The position numbers and the translations under genes were made by a program. A stretch of DNA of 64,000 bases from Balamuthia mandrillaris (Eukaryota): contig JAVKOQ020000066.1 in NCBI GenBank assembly GCA_031835245.2, positions 1 through 64,000 on the forward strand, given 5' to 3'. The notes beneath the pieces were generated by a model. The model did no database searches, was not told the origin of the DNA, and saw nothing but the letters and a program-made list of their open reading frames with translations. Shown piece by piece: positions 60,475 through 64,000 of the stretch; the first letter of the stretch is position 1, and each line of letters starts with the position of its first letter.

Positions 60475-61731
60475 CAACCTAACAAACAAGTTGAAAAAGA
60501 CCAACACGAAAGAAAAAAAAAAGCGAACCTTTCTGTGGGTGTGAAAGGTGCTGCCACCTTGCGCTCTCTCTCTTTTTTTTTTTTGGGTGCCCCCCTCCCC
60601 TTTTATTGGAGGATATGTGTGGATATTGCTAGCTCCGCTCCGCTCTGCTCTCCTCGTTCCTCCCCCCCCAAAAGCAAGACCAACGAACCCCCCCCAAAAA
60701 AAAAAAAGACTTTACAAAAAACGAAAGCAACCCCAAAAAAATCCACCTCGTTCTTTCTGTGCTTTGCCGCGGATAGGGTTGAAAAGTGCGGAAAAAAAAA
60801 AAACACGCACACAGAGGGGAAAAAAAAAAACAAAAAACAAAAAACAAAAAACAAAAAATATATAATAGTACAAAAAAAAAAAAAAGGAACAACAACGCGC
60901 GGGCGTAGGTGTCCTCCTTTCTGGAGTTGGGTTTGTAGGGGGCTAGTTCTCCCTTCCCTCTGTTTTTTTTCTTTTTCTTGTGTGTTATGTTGTTGGCCAC
61001 CAGCAGATTCTCTTCGAAAGTTTTTTTTTTGTTATTGGTTTAGGAGAATACAAAAAAAACTAAACTAAATGAATAAAGCGCTAGGACAACAAAAACAAAG
61101 AATTGGGGTCGGTACCCCATGCCTCCCACCCCCCCTTCATCAGATTCAGATGTAGCATAAAGGCACCGCTGCCCTTCCCCGTTACTCTTTTTTTATCTTC
61201 CCCAGCGTTTCATTTCCTGTAAATCACCGGGAGCGGAAGGCAACAAACAGAGCATGCTGTGGCAGGGCTTCTTTTTCCTTGCAGGACAACATTTGCCCAT
61301 AAAAGGCAAACACGGGCATCTATTTTCCTTATTTGGTTAATGAACGGACAACAACCGACCAATCATTGCGTACCCCTCCACCGCTTTTCGTTCCCATAAT
61401 CTCTGCCCCTTGGTTTCCTACGTAACGCACGCTTGCGGGTGATAACGTGCAACCCAAACGCAGAGAGATTGTGGAGTAAATGAGCGCTGTCAGACTTGAA
61501 AGCAAAGATGAAAGGGCATCGAAGGAGAAGAAAGGAAGGGCCGGAAGCGGTGTGTTGCGCTTTAGGCGCTGTTTCGTGTTTACGCGCCGCCAAACAAACT
61601 TCACAATCAAAAAAAACACTTTTTTAGACAAATAACAATTAACGACAAATCATGGCCTTCAATCAGAAAGCAGAAGAGGAGAAGCTCGCCCATCCTGAAG
61701 ATCTTATGAATGGAAAGGAAGAGGTACTATT

Positions 61732-61732
<1 letters not shown>

Positions 61733-61776
<44 letters not shown>
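61733..61776. repeat. (AC)22 microsatellite
   Basis: Read directly. Confidence 0.95.
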
Positions 61777-61778
<2 letters not shown>

Positions 61779-61973
61779 GACTTTGATGGTATGCTGGCTG
61801 CATCAAACATTTGGAGCAGAAGATTTGGCCACAAAGAACTTCTATGCTAACATAAAACTGGTTGATTCTTTTCCTGGAGACATCATCAATGCAGACCGAA
61901 GCCAAGACCCCGTGATTCAACAAAGCGAAATCATTGCAAGAGAAGGAAGCAGGAGGAGTAGCAAAGCCATCAG

Positions 61974-62045
61974 GTCGACATGTCTTTTATAAAAGAACAG
62001 CTGACGGGATTTTCCCGCCATAACACATCAGGTCGACACGGGAAA
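61974..62045 (+). promoter_or_regulatory. E2F-like TTTTCCCGCCA flanked by two GTCGAC sites upstream of MAD1-like gene
   Basis: GTCGAC at 61974 and 62032, each within CATCAGGTCGACA. TTTTCCCGCCA at 62010-62020. Confidence 0.6.
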
Positions 62046-62086
62046 GTCTACAAAAAAAAAAGGAACACAAACAAAAAAAAGAGAAA

Positions 62087-62616
62087 ATGGAAGGGAAGAA
62101 GAAGAGCTCTTCCTCTTCCTCCTCCTGGAGCCCTCCCCCTTCTTCTGCTTCGGCGCGGAAGACCGGTGCTTTGAGGTCTGGTGCTTTGCCTCCGCCAGAA
62201 AAGCGTAGACGACAGTGGGAGGACGAGGAGGAGTCCCAGTGGGAAGAGGACGAAGGGGAGTCGGAGGCGGAGGTAGCGGCCAGAAATAAAGCGGAGCGCG
62301 GACGCAGGACGAGCGTCTTGAAGAAAGTCACGGCAGAGATTGATGACTTTTTGTCCTCGCGGGATGTCCTTTTGCATGCTGAGAAAGACATGAGACGAGT
62401 GTCTGAGCTGGAAGGAGAATTGGTTTGGTTCTCTCCCTGTGTGTGTTGTTTTTTTTTTTGGCTCTACGTTTTTAAGTTTGTTCTCTTCTTTTTTTTGGGG
62501 TTCGACCTGCAGTTGGAAACGCAACACCTGTTACGAGAACGAGAGGACGAGCTTGAGAGGCTACGGCGGCGGCTACATCTCTCCCAAAATGATGACCAAC
62601 CAGAAATCTTGCGTTC

Positions 62617-62652
<36 letters not shown>

Positions 62653-64000
62653 CTCTCTCTTGCTCTCTCTCTTGCTCTCCCTCCCTCCCCCTCTCCCTCA
62701 GTGAAAAGTTTTTGTTCTGATCTGATGTTTTATGGTTTTAAACATTACAGAGCAACAACTACGCGAAGCACGAAAGACAATATACGACTTGGAACAATAT
62801 GTGGGTCGCAAAGAGTTGGAAAACAAAAAGGTACATTTCTCTCGTTCTTTAGTTTCTCTCTCTCCCTCTCGCGTTTGCTCAATTAGTAGCTTTGTGTGTT
62901 GTGCAGCTGCGAGTTGAGATGGAAAGCGAGTTGGCGAAGAGAGAAAGAGAATTGAGACGGGAGAAAGAGAAGGCGGTGGAGCGTGACCTGAAATACGAGC
63001 GGATAGAGGAGGAAGGCAGAGGGCAGAAGGACCTGCAACCAATCCTCAAGCAAAAGGAAGGAGCCATCAAGAGCTTGAAGGAAACAGTCAACCAATTGGA
63101 AGAGAAGATGGGAGACCTCTCCACTCAGAACAGCAAGTTGCGACAGCTGCTCAGCGATGCGGAGCACACAAGCAGGGAGGAGCGAACGGAGCTTCAGTCT
63201 CAACTTCAGCAGTTAAGCGAACAGCTCAATTTAATGAATGTGGAACAAGAAGCCCTTTCAGAAAAGGTTAACATTACAATCAAGCAAGTTTGTTGATGAA
63301 GAGCAAATATTTACCCTTTTCTCACACCATATCACATACACTGTAACAGTATGAACGTTGTCGCACGCAATTGCAGCATGCTACAAAGAAAGCTGCAGAG
63401 ATGGATGATCTACACCTTCAACTTGCGCAAGCCAATCTAAAACTGAAGGAGCTCAGCGCTGCTGAAAACGCTCCTGCTGAGCTATCAGCAATCAACGCCA
63501 GCATGCATGGTTCGTTTTTATTCATTTCTCTTGTTGTTTCGGTCTATCTTTCGTGTCTTTACTTCTGTCTTTCTTCCGTGGGTTCCCTTTGTCTCTAAAC
63601 TTGCGTTTGCCATAAAGAGGAGCTACGTAGGTTGCAAATGGTAGAAAGAGATAAGGCACGCCTTGTGGAAGAGAATAAATACCTTAAAGAAGTGGAGCAA
63701 GAGGTGGTCTTGCTGCGAGAAGAGAAGAGAGGCCTCTCTTCTCAGCTTCGAATCTGTGAACAGCACTTGGAAGACTACAGCGAGCTCAAAGTTAAGTATG
63801 ATGGCCTGCAGGAACGGCTCTCTAAATGGTAAAGCAATGCTTCCCTCTTCTATAAGCGAAGATGTTGTGATGACCTTTTTTTTATTGTTGGTATTAAGGG
63901 AGCAACATTTGGGAGACATGAGCGAGTTTGAGTCTCCAGCTCATCTTACAAACCACATCAGCGAGTTAAGAAAGCAGATAGGTGAGCACATAGAATGTTT
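62087..64000 (+). CDS. MAD1: Mitotic spindle checkpoint protein MAD1-like coiled-coil protein (3' end outside window)
   Basis: Spliced ENKYLKE...LLREEKRGLSSQL...LQERLSKW|E...FESPAHL..HISEL parallels the recalled MAD1 segment (LLxEExxGL...LxxWE...TPEDL...EL). Long coiled coil. Confidence 0.65.

Noticed and set aside
1..64000. CRISPR arrays, rRNA/tRNA genes, prokaryotic operons or defence systems; most antisense ORFs in the track
   Set aside because: The sequence is spliced eukaryotic DNA. Repeats are microsatellites without spacers, and antisense ORFs are shadows of GC-rich exons or low-complexity tracts.

Overview
Gene-dense, intron-rich eukaryotic DNA, so the ORF track mostly shows exon fragments. 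Short GT-AG introns with CT microsatellites, very short intergenic spaces and a zizimin-type DOCK gene suggest a free-living amoebozoan (Balamuthia/Acanthamoeba-like; this is inference). About 21 genes were reconstructed by hand-splicing: a partial VPS9-like C-terminus, IDH3A, an F-box-like gene, TMEM220, AAGAB, a secreted plant-type phospholipase A2, SKA1, an orphan, DIS3L2 with a C-terminal R3H domain, BLM/Sgs1 RecQ, DIS3, MSH3, RPP30, NSA2, a receiver-like/filamin protein, a plant-like ARM/TPR protein, RPLP2, DOCK, MIOS, a RasGAP and a partial MAD1. A decayed Tc1/mariner fragment is also present. Most notable: (i) a composite promoter module, GTCGAC plus TTCCCGCCA (E2F-like), just upstream of SKA1, MSH3 and MAD1; (ii) unusual domain architectures; (iii) a candidate U12 intron in DIS3; (iv) introns with the pyrimidine tract in the 5' part and A/C-rich 3' ends; (v) extreme gene compaction. 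Lesions in MSH3 and DIS3 are probably assembly errors. All family calls come from recalled motifs, with no database searches run.
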